From positions 7,929 to 71,928 of the forward strand of contig CAZRNZ010000002.1 of NCBI GenBank assembly GCA_964601615.1: 64,000 bases of DNA, read 5' to 3'. Within the stretch, counting starts at the first letter, position 1, and each line of letters opens with the position of its first letter. This DNA is from an uncultured Candidatus Saccharibacteria bacterium (lineage in GTDB: Bacteria; Patescibacteriota; Minisyncoccia; Phycocordibacterales; UBA918). The notes below the pieces were generated by a model that was not told the origin of the DNA, did not search any database, and saw nothing but the letters and a program-made list of their open reading frames with translations. This document shows positions 54,370-64,000 of the stretch, in pieces. Position numbers and translations under genes: made by a program.

Positions 54370-57300
54370 ATGAAAAAACAACATTCTTTATTATCAAACT
54401 TATTATCAACCTTACTAATAGCTCTAATAATCCTCACTCCTCTAACTGAGGTGTTTGCCGCCAATACCATAAACTCACCACAATCAACTTCAGATGATGA
54501 TAGTGAGGACGAGGATGAAGAAAGTGAAGAGGAAAAAGATGCAAGGCTAGCTGAACAAACTGCTGCTGAAGTATCAGATTACGCTCGAGCAGCTGGTATA
54601 GATTTATCTATTGATGCAGTTTATGGTGCTCAGCCATCAGGCTCATCTGTTACTGTTGATGGTGTTTCTCTAAATAAAGAGGCAGCTATGGAGGCCATTG
54701 ATGCAATGGCAGCTGCAAAGGAATCCGGGGCTTTCGGTGTTATTTCAACCGATAAAACACTAGCGGCTTACGGAAGTGGCAATATTTGTGCTGGTTGTGT
54801 TGTTGGACTCAATACAGGAGTAACAGGTAGTCCAGAAAATGTTGCCCATTCAGAAATAAATTACACCATCAGTACTAAAAATGTTGTTTCTGTTAGAAAT
54901 ACCACTAATACAACTGCTATACCTGTAAAAGATGCTTCTAAAGCTATAGAAAAAATAAAAACACAAGACATATCTGGTAAAACTGGCCTGATAACAACAC
55001 CTTCAGGTCAAGAGTTTGATATGTTTGGTAATCCAGTTACAACCACAAAGACGAAAAAAGATATTACTGAAATATACAGAGAGTACGCTGAAGGAATGAT
55101 AGAATCGGGTAATACAAACTTATCTGGAACAACCAATACTGGATTTACATACGACCCTAATACTGGAAATTTTGTTGGGAATCAAAATAAACAAGTAGTC
55201 TCCGAATCTTCTGTAAAAGATGCTGACAAAATAAAAGAAATTGCCCAAAACAACCTTGGGAGTGGCGTATCCATTAATTACGGAGTTGGTACGGGTGAAG
55301 GAGTTGTTTCTATTCAAAATGCTATCACTGGAGTGGTTACAAACTATGATGTAAACACTAATGAAGTAATAAACCCTAACACGATATGGAGTGTAAGTGG
55401 CTATGATTTACTATTTTCTGGTACAGCAATATCAGGCGGTGAAAATATAGGTAATAATACTTTCGTTAACACAAGTCCTACGCAAAACGCGATGCTTGGC
55501 ATGAATATAAATGGCCAAAATGTCACTGAACTATCTGATCAGTTCGCCAATATATTAGCTGGAGAAAATGCCAACCTAGCTGGAAAAATTGGACGAGGAG
55601 AAAAATTAACCGAGGAAGAATTGCATGAAGCAATAATGATTGTTGGTATTGCAATCAATAGATCAGCATCAACTGGCGGAAATATCGACACCTGGATAAA
55701 TGATAAAAATATATACTCTTCCCTAAGGAATAATAGCAACACTGGTTTACCTGAATATGTCATGAGAATAAATGAGTTAAGTAAAAACTCAAACTATGAC
55801 CATGACAAGATAGCTGAACTATATGAAAAAGTTTTTAGCGGACAAATGGCTATAAACACCTTCTTACCTGAAGGTACAAACCTAGATCCTGAAGCAGCCT
55901 TTGCAACTCATTTTTATAGTACAAATTGTCCAGGATGTTACACAGGCGGAGGAAATCTACCTAGTTGGATAAACAGTGTTATAGATGGGTCTTCAGCAGA
56001 AATTGGTTTACATACTTTTGCTAACCTAAATCTATCTGACGGTAGCAAACAAGAGTACCGAACAAAAAATATTCTTGAGTACGGAAATGTAAATGTAGTA
56101 AATGTAGTAAAACAATCTTTAGGTGAGATAGGTGATCAGATTAATTACAATAAATTGTATGCAGGAAACCTATTATCTGATCAAGAAATGCGCGATGCTA
56201 TTGGTCCAGTTTTTACATTCAACAACCTAACTAAAATTGTTGAAACTGAAGATATAGACATGTCTTCATCACCTGTCCCCCCACTTAACGTACCAAATAA
56301 TACAAATTCTGTATTCCTAGAAAATGGTAACGCGTCACGTAACTTAGATATTGTTGATGAACTTAAATCACAATTAAACTATGCTGGTCAAGAACTTAAA
56401 TTGACAATACATGTATTTTCCGGAGGACAAATATCGGTTGCTGAAGCAAAAGCTATGGGAGCAAAACGTGACGCCGATGGTTATTGGAGATTACCTGACG
56501 GAACAAAAGTGAGATACAAAGAGACAACAAATCATGATGGAGGGTTAGCAGCTGACATAAATCTAAAGGATGCTAATGGCAAATTACTAGATTATAACAA
56601 CGCTAACGATCGTAAAATCATAGCCGATTATATAACTACTGTTGTTGCTGCTGGCGCTAATGGTATTGGTGCTGGAAACGGATATATGAGCAGTACAGGA
56701 ATCCATGTTGGTGGAAAAGATAGACCGATGTATTGGGGTGGTGCTTGTGCCTGTGCTGCCGGCGCCCCTGACTGGGTAAAGGAAGCTCATGATAAAGGCG
56801 TTGCACTTAGGGGTAATTTCGATGAATCAAAATTAAATAATCAAACAGGAGGCACTAGCCCTAACAATACCAACACCGGAACTGGCAATAGTTTCTTTGG
56901 TGACATAGTTAATGGAGTAAGGGGCGGAATAAGTAATATAACGAATGGTGCTAGTGATAATATAAAAGTTGAATTACCGAATATTGGTGAACTAACGAGT
57001 GAGCTTCCTGATTTTAACAACCCTTTTGTCAGAATGATGATTGGCTTGTACGGAATGTTTGGTAGCGGCACTGGTAATTTGAATAACTTTAATAACGATA
57101 GCAACTCAAGTTCAGGAGGAGGCTCTAATTCTTTCTCTTGTCCTGCTGCTAGCCAATTAACCCCTGAGTATCTATCTACAGTTTCAGATCCTGTTCTTTA
57201 TCAAAAATTACTTGATTGTCTAAATCAATCCAAAAACCAACAAGCTGGTTCGGTTATTATCCCCTTCTTAAACAACGACTGGTTTTCAAGCATTGGTAAA

Positions 57301-58824
57301 TTATTTACCAGAACCACTGATACAGAAATTTCCACCCCAGAAGTAAAGACTCAACCTATCAGCATCCCTGTAACAATTACAGTAAGTAGTGTAGACAATT
57401 CAATATCTTTTTCTCGCGAAGATATCATGGATATCCTAGATAAAAATATAGAACATTATAAAAGTAATCCTGATGAACTAGCAGAGATACTGGCAATACT
57501 AGATGACAATCCAATCATCTTTGATGAGGATGGAACAATCATATTTTCAAATGGTCTATACTCACCTGCAGTAATAAACGGTGTTGAAGTTGAAATGGAT
57601 CAAGATTATGAATATGTCTATCTTCTTCAATACGAGGACGCCAACGGAAACATAATACAAATGAGTGAGAACACTTCTCTTTTGCCAGAAAATGCCCTAA
57701 CCGGTCTTATTAGTGCCATCTTCATCAATAGTTCTCCTTTTGAAATTAATCACGTAAAAAATATTACTTATAGACTGGTTGATCCAAATAAAAATATCAG
57801 AAACGATGAATACTATGATTATGTAATTACTCTAGTAAACGGCAGTACTAGAGGAGCTATCGTCCCCCAGTACGCATCAGTTGAATTTATGAGAAATAAG
57901 TTTAACCAAATAGGTTTTGAGGGCGATATATTACTACTTATTGGGCAGGCTGTGGAAAATAAAGAAGAACCTAAAGGTACATTATTTAGACAGCTGGTAG
58001 ATAACGCAGTATCAACATTTAGTGGTTTTATGAACCCACTAAATGTTGATACTAACAACGATTACACAAACTTACCTTCCCTTTCAGGAAACCCTACTAG
58101 CTCAGACATAAAATCTATCTTTATCTATCCTGTAACCACCATAGTATGTCCAACTGGAACAGCTGGATATATGTACACCATGATATTAAATGATAAGTCT
58201 GATAGTAATTATGTCTATGCACTTACTGACGGAAGATGTGGTTCTGGTACTCCAAATGAGATAGTACAAGAAACAGCTAGACATATATCAGAACAGTATT
58301 TCATGCCAGATGTATCAGCTACAAACATATCTAGCAAAGTGTCTTTCCATACTGACCCAGTATTATTTAATCCTGGACTAAGCAGAATACAAGTAGGAAA
58401 TACATCAGCACCAACCTCACCAGAAGATACCGAAACAACCACCCCGATTGCAACATCTACTCCAACAACAACACCGGAACAACTTCCAAACCTGACTAAT
58501 GAAATTACCTTTGAGGTAAAAGCAGTTGGTAGTAGTGGCAATATTTTGGCTGACTGGACAGAGACACAAAAAGTAACTATATCCGATAGTGTACAACTAT
58601 ATTTCCGCTGGAATGCTACAAGCTATCAGCAATGTCTTCTTTTCTTAAACGATAACGGCAACTATTCGCTTACAGTAAGAAACAGAGCTATGACTACCGG
58701 AAATACAGAAACCGAAGGATATAACGTAACCGAACGTAATGGTATATACAGAATTGAATGTGGTGGACAAAGAAATAATGAATTTGGTGTAGACTCAAAA
58801 GAGATAGAGGTAGTGGTACAGTAG
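54370..58824 (+). CDS. Giant (about 1485 aa) secreted surface protein with embedded zinc D,D/L,D-peptidase (M15 / hedgehog-type) domain. Start at MKKQHS (54370); ORF track begins 54310
   Basis: Signal peptide LLSTLLIALIILTPLTEVFAA; poly-acidic SDDDSEDEDEESEEE; N/T/G-rich low-complexity stretches; NHDGGLAADINL ... GIGAGNGYMSSTGIHVGGKDRP resembles the H-x-G-x-A-D ... GIG..Y..HVD zinc motifs of peptidase M15/DUF882 (about nt 56347-56739). Confidence 0.75.
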   Translation: MKKQHSLLSNLLSTLLIALIILTPLTEVFAANTINSPQSTSDDDSEDEDEESEEEKDARLAEQTAAEVSDYARAAGIDLSIDAVYGAQPSGSSVTVDGVSLNKEAAMEAIDAMAAAKESGAFGVISTDKTLAAYGSGNICAGCVVGLNTGVTGSPENVAHSEINYTISTKNVVSVRNTTNTTAIPVKDASKAIEKIKTQDISGKTGLITTPSGQEFDMFGNPVTTTKTKKDITEIYREYAEGMIESGNTNLSGTTNTGFTYDPNTGNFVGNQNKQVVSESSVKDADKIKEIAQNNLGSGVSINYGVGTGEGVVSIQNAITGVVTNYDVNTNEVINPNTIWSVSGYDLLFSGTAISGGENIGNNTFVNTSPTQNAMLGMNINGQNVTELSDQFANILAGENANLAGKIGRGEKLTEEELHEAIMIVGIAINRSASTGGNIDTWINDKNIYSSLRNNSNTGLPEYVMRINELSKNSNYDHDKIAELYEKVFSGQMAINTFLPEGTNLDPEAAFATHFYSTNCPGCYTGGGNLPSWINSVIDGSSAEIGLHTFANLNLSDGSKQEYRTKNILEYGNVNVVNVVKQSLGEIGDQINYNKLYAGNLLSDQEMRDAIGPVFTFNNLTKIVETEDIDMSSSPVPPLNVPNNTNSVFLENGNASRNLDIVDELKSQLNYAGQELKLTIHVFSGGQISVAEAKAMGAKRDADGYWRLPDGTKVRYKETTNHDGGLAADINLKDANGKLLDYNNANDRKIIADYITTVVAAGANGIGAGNGYMSSTGIHVGGKDRPMYWGGACACAAGAPDWVKEAHDKGVALRGNFDESKLNNQTGGTSPNNTNTGTGNSFFGDIVNGVRGGISNITNGASDNIKVELPNIGELTSELPDFNNPFVRMMIGLYGMFGSGTGNLNNFNNDSNSSSGGGSNSFSCPAASQLTPEYLSTVSDPVLYQKLLDCLNQSKNQQAGSVIIPFLNNDWFSSIGKLFTRTTDTEISTPEVKTQPISIPVTITVSSVDNSISFSREDIMDILDKNIEHYKSNPDELAEILAILDDNPIIFDEDGTIIFSNGLYSPAVINGVEVEMDQDYEYVYLLQYEDANGNIIQMSENTSLLPENALTGLISAIFINSSPFEINHVKNITYRLVDPNKNIRNDEYYDYVITLVNGSTRGAIVPQYASVEFMRNKFNQIGFEGDILLLIGQAVENKEEPKGTLFRQLVDNAVSTFSGFMNPLNVDTNNDYTNLPSLSGNPTSSDIKSIFIYPVTTIVCPTGTAGYMYTMILNDKSDSNYVYALTDGRCGSGTPNEIVQETARHISEQYFMPDVSATNISSKVSFHTDPVLFNPGLSRIQVGNTSAPTSPEDTETTTPIATSTPTTTPEQLPNLTNEITFEVKAVGSSGNILADWTETQKVTISDSVQLYFRWNATSYQQCLLFLNDNGNYSLTVRNRAMTTGNTETEGYNVTERNGIYRIECGGQRNNEFGVDSKEIEVVVQ

Positions 58825-58840
58825 TAGTCAAACAAAAAGA

Positions 58841-58867
58841 AAACCCCAAGCAATTTGCTTGGGGTTT
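58841..58867. terminator. Bidirectional intrinsic terminator
   Basis: aaaccccaagcaatttgcttggggttttt. Confidence 0.75.
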
Positions 58868-58871
58868 TTAT

Positions 58872-59336
58872 TTAGTCAGGCTCATGAATAAGTTCATCGC
58901 CACGCAACCACTCGTAGACTTTTTGTCCACCAATTTCTGGATCAAAAGCAGTACAATAATAAATAAGTTCTTCCCTGCTGACAAAGCGGAAAAAAATTTT
59001 ATTATCAAAATATAAATTTTCTCCAGATGGATCAAGTGCAACCCATGTCACACTTCCCAAAGAAGGACACCTTAGTAATCTAACCCTCCACCAATTGTTT
59101 ACATCGTTAGGAACAAGTACAGCAGGCAGGCAATCAAATGAATATCTGAAGCAATGCCTGAAAGCTTCTGTCTGAGCCTCCTGTTCTGTATATCCAGATC
59201 CAGAATGGAGGAAAATACCATCACTTGTAAATACGTATGCGCGATATGGGGGCGTATTCAAATCACTTGCTGTAACAGAAAAAGTCGAGTTTATAAGAGC
59301 CACAAAGGTGGCGATGATAAGAGCAATTTTGCGCAT
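58872..59336 (-). CDS. Secreted hypothetical protein (Cys-containing)
   Basis: Signal peptide MRKIALIIATFVALINSTFSVTA; 154 aa. Confidence 0.5.
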   Translation of the reverse strand: MRKIALIIATFVALINSTFSVTASDLNTPPYRAYVFTSDGIFLHSGSGYTEQEAQTEAFRHCFRYSFDCLPAVLVPNDVNNWWRVRLLRCPSLGSVTWVALDPSGENLYFDNKIFFRFVSREELIYYCTAFDPEIGGQKVYEWLRGDELIHEPD

Positions 59337-59408
59337 CTTGCGCCTCCTTTTGCTAACTTAGCTGTAACTATGTTAACTATATCATATTTTTGACAAAAAA
59401 TCAAGGTG

Positions 59409-59873
59409 TTACTTAAACAGAACTATTCCAGCAGTTACAGACACGTTCAACGACTCCTTCATTCCTTGCATCGGAATCTCTAAAATGACATCAGCCAAAT
59501 CAAGCACCTCCCTACTAACCCCATCTACCTCATTACCAAAAACGTAACAAACCTTTTCTGGTTTATTAAAATCATAAAAATTTACCGATGCTTTATCTTG
59601 CTCAACAGCCACAACTGTAAAACCTTCTTCTTTTAAAGAAAGAATTTTATTCTTTATATCTTCACCAGGAACTTGTTCCCAAGGAATAACCCCACTTGCT
59701 CCCAATGAAGTTTTTGTTATCTCTTTTTGTGGTCGGCCAAAACGATCTATAGGTGCAGGAGTGTACCCGACTAAATATACCTTAGACACTCCCGCACCGT
59801 CCCCTGTACGGAAAACAGACCCAACATTATGGGCACTGCGAACATGATCAAGGATAATAATTTTTTGGGACAT
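59409..59873 (-). CDS. SpoU/TrmH-class RNA 2'-O-methyltransferase (TrmL-like, 154 aa)
   Basis: LDHVRSAHNVGSVFRTGDGAGV...VFGNEVDGVS. Confidence 0.75.
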   Translation of the reverse strand: MSQKIIILDHVRSAHNVGSVFRTGDGAGVSKVYLVGYTPAPIDRFGRPQKEITKTSLGASGVIPWEQVPGEDIKNKILSLKEEGFTVVAVEQDKASVNFYDFNKPEKVCYVFGNEVDGVSREVLDLADVILEIPMQGMKESLNVSVTAGIVLFK

Positions 59874-60017
59874 ATTGACTTTAATTTTGTCGTCACAAGT
59901 TGCTAAGTATAATTATTCGCTTTGCTCTAATTCTACTAAGCACTTTCGACCCCCGGCTCGCGGCACTTTTAGCTTTGAATGCGAAAAGTGCAACGCTTTG
60001 CCTTGCATACGTATCAA

Positions 60018-60048
60018 AAAACAGTGCACTGGCACTGTTTTTCTCTCG
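60018..60048. terminator. Intrinsic terminator
   Basis: aaaacagtgcactggcactgttttt. Confidence 0.65.
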
Positions 60049-60050
60049 TG

Positions 60051-60123
60051 TCCGCCCACTAGGACTTGAACCTAGGACCATCTCCTTAAAAGGGAGCTGC
60101 TCTACCAGCTGAGCTATGGGCGG
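60051..60123 (-). tRNA. tRNA-Lys (anticodon TTT)
   Basis: rc: CCGCCCAUAGCUCAGCUGGUAGAGCAGCUCCCUUUUAAGGAGAUGGUCCUAGGUUCAAGUCCUAGUGGGCGGA; 5' base C is unusual. Confidence 0.65.
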
Positions 60124-60171
60124 ATAGCAACGAACACTATACCTTTCTAGGAATTTTTTTTCAACCTTAAA

Positions 60172-60867
60172 CTAAAGACTTAGTATCCAGCGCTCTAAAG
60201 CAACGTCCATATCAACCAAACCTAATCGACTATTGTGAGACAGTGTCAGTAACTCTCGCGACTTATCACTTAGTTCTTTTTTACTAAAATTTGCCAAACT
60301 TCTACTAGCTTTTTGATAGACAAAATCTTTTAAACCAGTTTCTTCCTTACTTTTACTCACCGAAACCAAACGCATAGTTTTTAATTGCCACCAAAATATT
60401 CCGACAATTTCCTCAAAAGAAGACCTGCTCATCTTCGCCTGATTAAATAAGACCCAAAGACTTCGCTTATCTCTTTTTGCCAAAGCGTCAGCCATCGCAA
60501 AATTATTAAATCGCTCCCCTGCGACAACTTTATACTCCTCAAGAACATCAGAATGCTTCTGCCACTTCTTTTTTTCAGCAGCCAACAAGGTTGTCTCGAT
60601 TACTACAAATAACTGCGTGGAATTTTTCATCTCCTCCAAACAATCCAGAGTTTCTTTATAAAATTCTTTATCCAAAGAAGGTGTATCTAGAAGGAACACT
60701 TTTTTCTCAGCAAATAAAGAATTGCTTAAAACAAAATTCCTGACAACGCCGACTGAATAAGAATCTGAGTCAATAGCTTCCATTGTAGAAATACCGGACT
60801 TATCAATATAAGAAAAGGCTTCGTCTCTCACCTTTAATAAATCGTTACCAAAAAATACACACAACAT
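60172..60867 (-). CDS. Hypothetical protein, weakly DNA polymerase III delta (HolA)-like; start trimmed to avoid polA overlap
   Basis: Position immediately after polA; length about 230 aa; weak HolA-like pattern. Confidence 0.3.
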   Translation of the reverse strand: MLCVFFGNDLLKVRDEAFSYIDKSGISTMEAIDSDSYSVGVVRNFVLSNSLFAEKKVFLLDTPSLDKEFYKETLDCLEEMKNSTQLFVVIETTLLAAEKKKWQKHSDVLEEYKVVAGERFNNFAMADALAKRDKRSLWVLFNQAKMSRSSFEEIVGIFWWQLKTMRLVSVSKSKEETGLKDFVYQKASRSLANFSKKELSDKSRELLTLSHNSRLGLVDMDVALERWILSL

Positions 60868-60869
60868 AA

Positions 60870-63245
60870 TTAGATTGAATCCATATCTGCCCAATTGTAA
60901 CCCATCTTTGCTTCCACCTCTATTGGAACATCTTTCGTATCTTGTCCAGAAAATACATCTTCCATTATTTTCATTAGTTCCTTAGTTTGTGCAGACAATA
61001 TCGATTCTTTAATTTCAAAAACAATTTCATCATGAACCTGAAGAAGCATTTTTATATCTTCTTCTAATTTATTTTCCTTTAGATATTCATCAATACGAAC
61101 CAGCGCGATACGCAAGATGTCACCCTCCGTTCCTTGTATTGGTGCATTAATTGCCATTCTTTCGGCACTAGCACGAATAAATGGCGCAGAAGAACTAATG
61201 CCTGGGAAATGTCGACGGCGACCAAACATAGTTTCTGTATATCCATGTTCTCTAGCAAAAGCTTTTGTCTCTTCAAGATACTCGGCCAATCGAGTAAAAG
61301 TATTGAAATAAGCGCTCAAAAATTCTGTCGCTGCCTCACGAGTTGTTCCCTCTCCTAAGTTAGTACGTAAAGCATTTACTCCCATACCATAAAGAATTCC
61401 GAAGTTAATTACCTTGGCTTTTCTTCTCTGGTCAGCCGTCACTTCTTCTGGTGCAATACCAAAAACCTGCGAAGCTACTCCTCTATGAACATCTTGTCCA
61501 GTCTTAAAAATCTCAATCATTTTTTCGTCACCAGACATAATTGCGGCAATCCGAAGTTCAATCTGAGAATAGTCAATTGAAACTAATTTATATCCAGAAG
61601 GCGCAATAAAGGCCCGACGGACAGATCTTCCCTCCTCGGTTCTAATAGGAATATTTTGTAGATTTGGTTCTTTAGAACCCATCCGACCAGTTACAGTTCC
61701 AGTCGGCAAAAACGTTGTTCTGATTCTGCCATCATCACCAACCATTTTGGGTAGATTATCAACATAAGTAGAAACTAACTTTGAAAGTTCACGATAGCGC
61801 AAAATCTCCTCGATAATCGGATGCATTTCTCGCATCTGAACCAATTCGCTTTCTCTGGTAGAAAGTGCTCCTGTGGAAGTCTTTTTTTGCTTAGCAGGAC
61901 GGAGTTCTAGTTTTTCGTACAAAATTACACCAAGCTGCTTTGGAGAATTTATATTAAAATTCTCGTCTGCTAGTTCATAAATTCTCTGCTCTATTCCGAG
62001 CAACTCGTCATGAAAAGTCTTTGATAATTTATCGAGATACGCAACATCAAGCAAAACTCCTTCAGCATTTATTTTTGTTATTACAGGCAAAAGTGGTTTG
62101 TCTATTTTTTCAAATACCCCAAGTAAATTCTCCTGCTCGAGTCTTCGATAAAGATTGTCTTTTATATCTGACCAATTTGTTGTACCAAATTCTGCTCGAC
62201 CGAAGTCGACAATGTCTTCATGAGTTGGATTTGTGCGATCACTTTCCAAAAGCCATAACATCATTCCAGCCTCAGCTAAATCTTCTACCGAAACTGAAGT
62301 ATTAACAAAACTATTTTCTTCTTGTAGGTTCATTAACTGCCTGAATCTAGCAGTTGGTGAACGAAAACCTAGCTCGCTAAATAGAGCTAAAGAAGCATCA
62401 ATATCAACACCTTCACGCCAGGTATTTTCTGGTAAAGAAAAATTAATTGGTGCATCACGTCTAATGGTTGCCAACATTTTGGAAAACTGTGCCTCCTCTT
62501 CATGATCCGCTACCAATTGCACAAAACGTTTTTGTACTCCTGATTTTTTGGAAACTTCCTCTACTCCAAGCTTTTCTATCGCCTGATAAATATTTTCAAT
62601 TCCACCGAAAGCAATAATTAATTTTTGAGCACTCCCTTCTCCCACCCCAGGAACACCAGGGATATTATCAGAAGCATCACCTCGCAAACCCTTGAAGTCG
62701 ATAGTTAAAATTGGATCAAAACCGAACTTTTCTTTTACTCTCTCCTCATTGAACATCACCACTTCCGCACCCTTCCTTTGTGCAAACACTCTCACCTTCT
62801 CTCCAACAACCAACTGCATGGTATCCATATCGCCTGAAGCAATAATAATATCGATACTCTCATTATCTTTCATTTGTTCAACAATAGTGCCGAGCATGTC
62901 GTCAGCCTCAAAACCGGCATGTTCATAAATTGGAATATTGAGCACCTTCATAATGTCGCGAGAACGAATTATTTGTTCAATCAACGCATCATCAGTTTTT
63001 GCTCGCTTAGCTTTATAGCCATCAAAAGCTTGGTGACGATAAGTTGGTTCTGGCAAGTCATAACAAGCCACCAAAAAATCTGGCTTCAAATCCTCAACAA
63101 TCTTAATCAACATCGAGACAACACCAAAGAGTGCTCCGGTTGGCTCACCCGTAGGTGAAGCAAAATCTGGTAATGCATGATAAGCACGATGTAAAATCGC
63201 ATGAGCATCAAGCAGAACTAAAGTTTTTTTGTTTTTATTGCTCAT
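60870..63245 (-). CDS. polA: DNA polymerase I (5'-3' exonuclease + polymerase; no obvious 3'-5' exonuclease motifs); start at MSNKNKK
   Basis: 5' nuclease LLVDAHAILHRAYHA-like; motif A VSIDYSQIELRIAA, motif B RRKAKVINFGILYG, motif C LQVHDEIVFE. Confidence 0.9.
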   Translation of the reverse strand: MSNKNKKTLVLLDAHAILHRAYHALPDFASPTGEPTGALFGVVSMLIKIVEDLKPDFLVACYDLPEPTYRHQAFDGYKAKRAKTDDALIEQIIRSRDIMKVLNIPIYEHAGFEADDMLGTIVEQMKDNESIDIIIASGDMDTMQLVVGEKVRVFAQRKGAEVVMFNEERVKEKFGFDPILTIDFKGLRGDASDNIPGVPGVGEGSAQKLIIAFGGIENIYQAIEKLGVEEVSKKSGVQKRFVQLVADHEEEAQFSKMLATIRRDAPINFSLPENTWREGVDIDASLALFSELGFRSPTARFRQLMNLQEENSFVNTSVSVEDLAEAGMMLWLLESDRTNPTHEDIVDFGRAEFGTTNWSDIKDNLYRRLEQENLLGVFEKIDKPLLPVITKINAEGVLLDVAYLDKLSKTFHDELLGIEQRIYELADENFNINSPKQLGVILYEKLELRPAKQKKTSTGALSTRESELVQMREMHPIIEEILRYRELSKLVSTYVDNLPKMVGDDGRIRTTFLPTGTVTGRMGSKEPNLQNIPIRTEEGRSVRRAFIAPSGYKLVSIDYSQIELRIAAIMSGDEKMIEIFKTGQDVHRGVASQVFGIAPEEVTADQRRKAKVINFGILYGMGVNALRTNLGEGTTREAATEFLSAYFNTFTRLAEYLEETKAFAREHGYTETMFGRRRHFPGISSSAPFIRASAERMAINAPIQGTEGDILRIALVRIDEYLKENKLEEDIKMLLQVHDEIVFEIKESILSAQTKELMKIMEDVFSGQDTKDVPIEVEAKMGYNWADMDSI

Positions 63246-63684
63246 AAGACAATTTAAGAGTGCGCTTGTTTTCTGATAATTCAAAATTTAACCTAAAAGC
63301 TGATGAAGGAATTAACTTGGCGATTTTTTCTGGCCACTCAATACAAATAAGATTATTTTCATTATTTAAATAGGAAGCAAAATCCAAAACCTCCATTTCC
63401 TTCTCAGACTCAATTCTGTAAGCATCAATATGAATCAATCTCTGCCAAGATAAATAATTTATTTCGTACTCTTTCATTACTACAAAAGTCGGACTACTGA
63501 CAACTTCGGAGATTCCAATCTGTTTTGCTAACTCTTGCGTAAAGGTAGTTTTACCAGCTCCGAGCTCACCACTAAGAGCTAAAACTGAAGAAGTTATTTT
63601 TGTACCAGCAAGCAATTTCAAAACCTCACTCACTGCTGAAGTTAGAGATTCTCTAGAAGTTATGTCCCACTCTTTTTCTGTCAT
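63235..63684 (-). CDS. tsaE: tRNA threonylcarbamoyladenosine biosynthesis protein TsaE
   Basis: Walker A LSGELGAGKTTFTQELAK, SPTF. Confidence 0.8.
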   Translation of the reverse strand: MTEKEWDITSRESLTSAVSEVLKLLAGTKITSSVLALSGELGAGKTTFTQELAKQIGISEVVSSPTFVVMKEYEINYLSWQRLIHIDAYRIESEKEMEVLDFASYLNNENNLICIEWPEKIAKLIPSSAFRLNFELSENKRTLKLSYEQ

Positions 63685-63759
63685 GACACAATCCTATCAT
63701 TTTTAACCACACTTGTACTTTCCCCTTTTAGCAGTTTCCTTTTAAAATGAATTATGCCT

Positions 63760-64000
63760 AAATTTAACGAACATGTCCTAGAGAGCAAGAAATATAAGGA
63801 AATGAGACTTGAGGAGGAAGAAAGTCTTGTTCGCTCTCTTTCGGTACAACATGGCTATGTTTACGTTAATTTGCAGGGAGTAAGTATAAACCCTTCTGCC
63901 CTGACACTAATTCCAGAAAGTCGTGCTCGCGAAGCAGGAATTGTCGCTTTTGAGAAACAACATAAATCAGTTTCAATTGCCATTACTAATCCCAACCATC
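63760..64000 (+). CDS. pilB: Partial (N-terminal) type II secretion / type IV pilus ATPase PilB/GspE
   Basis: T2SSE N-terminal domain-like: ALTLIPESRAREAGIVAFEKQHKSVSIAITNPN; open to window end. Confidence 0.45.

Noticed and set aside
1-64000. Alternative genetic code (UGA recoding as in SR1/Gracilibacteria)
   Set aside because: Long uninterrupted ORFs, up to 1504 codons, under the standard code argue against stop-codon reassignment.
1-64000. CRISPR arrays, IS elements, integrases and prophage genes
   Set aside because: No regularly spaced direct repeats, transposase or integrase-like ORFs were seen. The only mobile-element-like traces are the tRNA-associated repeats reported as findings.

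Overview
This 64 kb window is an AT-rich, gene-dense bacterial chromosomal segment, with most genes on the minus strand. I infer a CPR/Patescibacteria-type organism from the compact genes, fused or split housekeeping proteins, and the type IV pilus genes. The ORFs read through under the standard genetic code, so there is no sign of UGA recoding.

Core housekeeping genes present:
- Translation: efp, rpsF-ssb-rpsR, metG, glyQS, ileS, argS, rplK-nusG-secE, rplS, rpsT, an RNase P RNA and seven tRNAs (His, Leu, Val, Arg-TCT, Ser, Arg-GCG, Lys).
- DNA metabolism: polA, ruvA, ruvX, recO-like, radC, a Tag-Ogt fusion and tatD.
- Nucleotide and one-carbon metabolism: nrdA/nrdB, thyA-dcd-folA and glyA.
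- Regulation: an OmpR-type two-component pair and an ECF sigma factor.
- Type IV pilus assembly: pilM-pilN-pilO with a PilP-like gene, and a partial pilB.
- Envelope and surface: several proteins, detailed below.

I found no CRISPR array, transposase, integrase or rRNA.

Features most worth a second look:
1. A four-gene co-directional operon (47930-51196) encoding only signal-peptide or C-terminally anchored surface proteins. Two of them carry a WxL-like motif, so the operon resembles a csc/WxL-type cell-surface complex.
2. A 1485-aa secreted giant protein (54370-58824) with an embedded zinc D,D/L,D-peptidase (M15 / hedgehog-type) domain.
3. An IleRS carrying an intact histidine-phosphatase (PGM-like, RHG motif) domain inserted into the synthetase core.
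4. An ileS 5' leader in which a 13-nt anti-SD segment can pair with the SD of an upstream in-frame start. This is a T-box-like translational switch candidate.
5. A class I RNR in which the ATP-cone sits on NrdB rather than on NrdA.
6. A divergent isoprenoid-synthase-fold protein with two DDxxD motifs, located near idi.
7. A 29-bp-armed perfect palindrome built on the 3' end of tRNA-His, and a 15-nt direct repeat of the tRNA-Leu 3' end 146 bp downstream. Both could be integration scars.

All calls come from reading the sequence and the ORF translations. No database searches were run.
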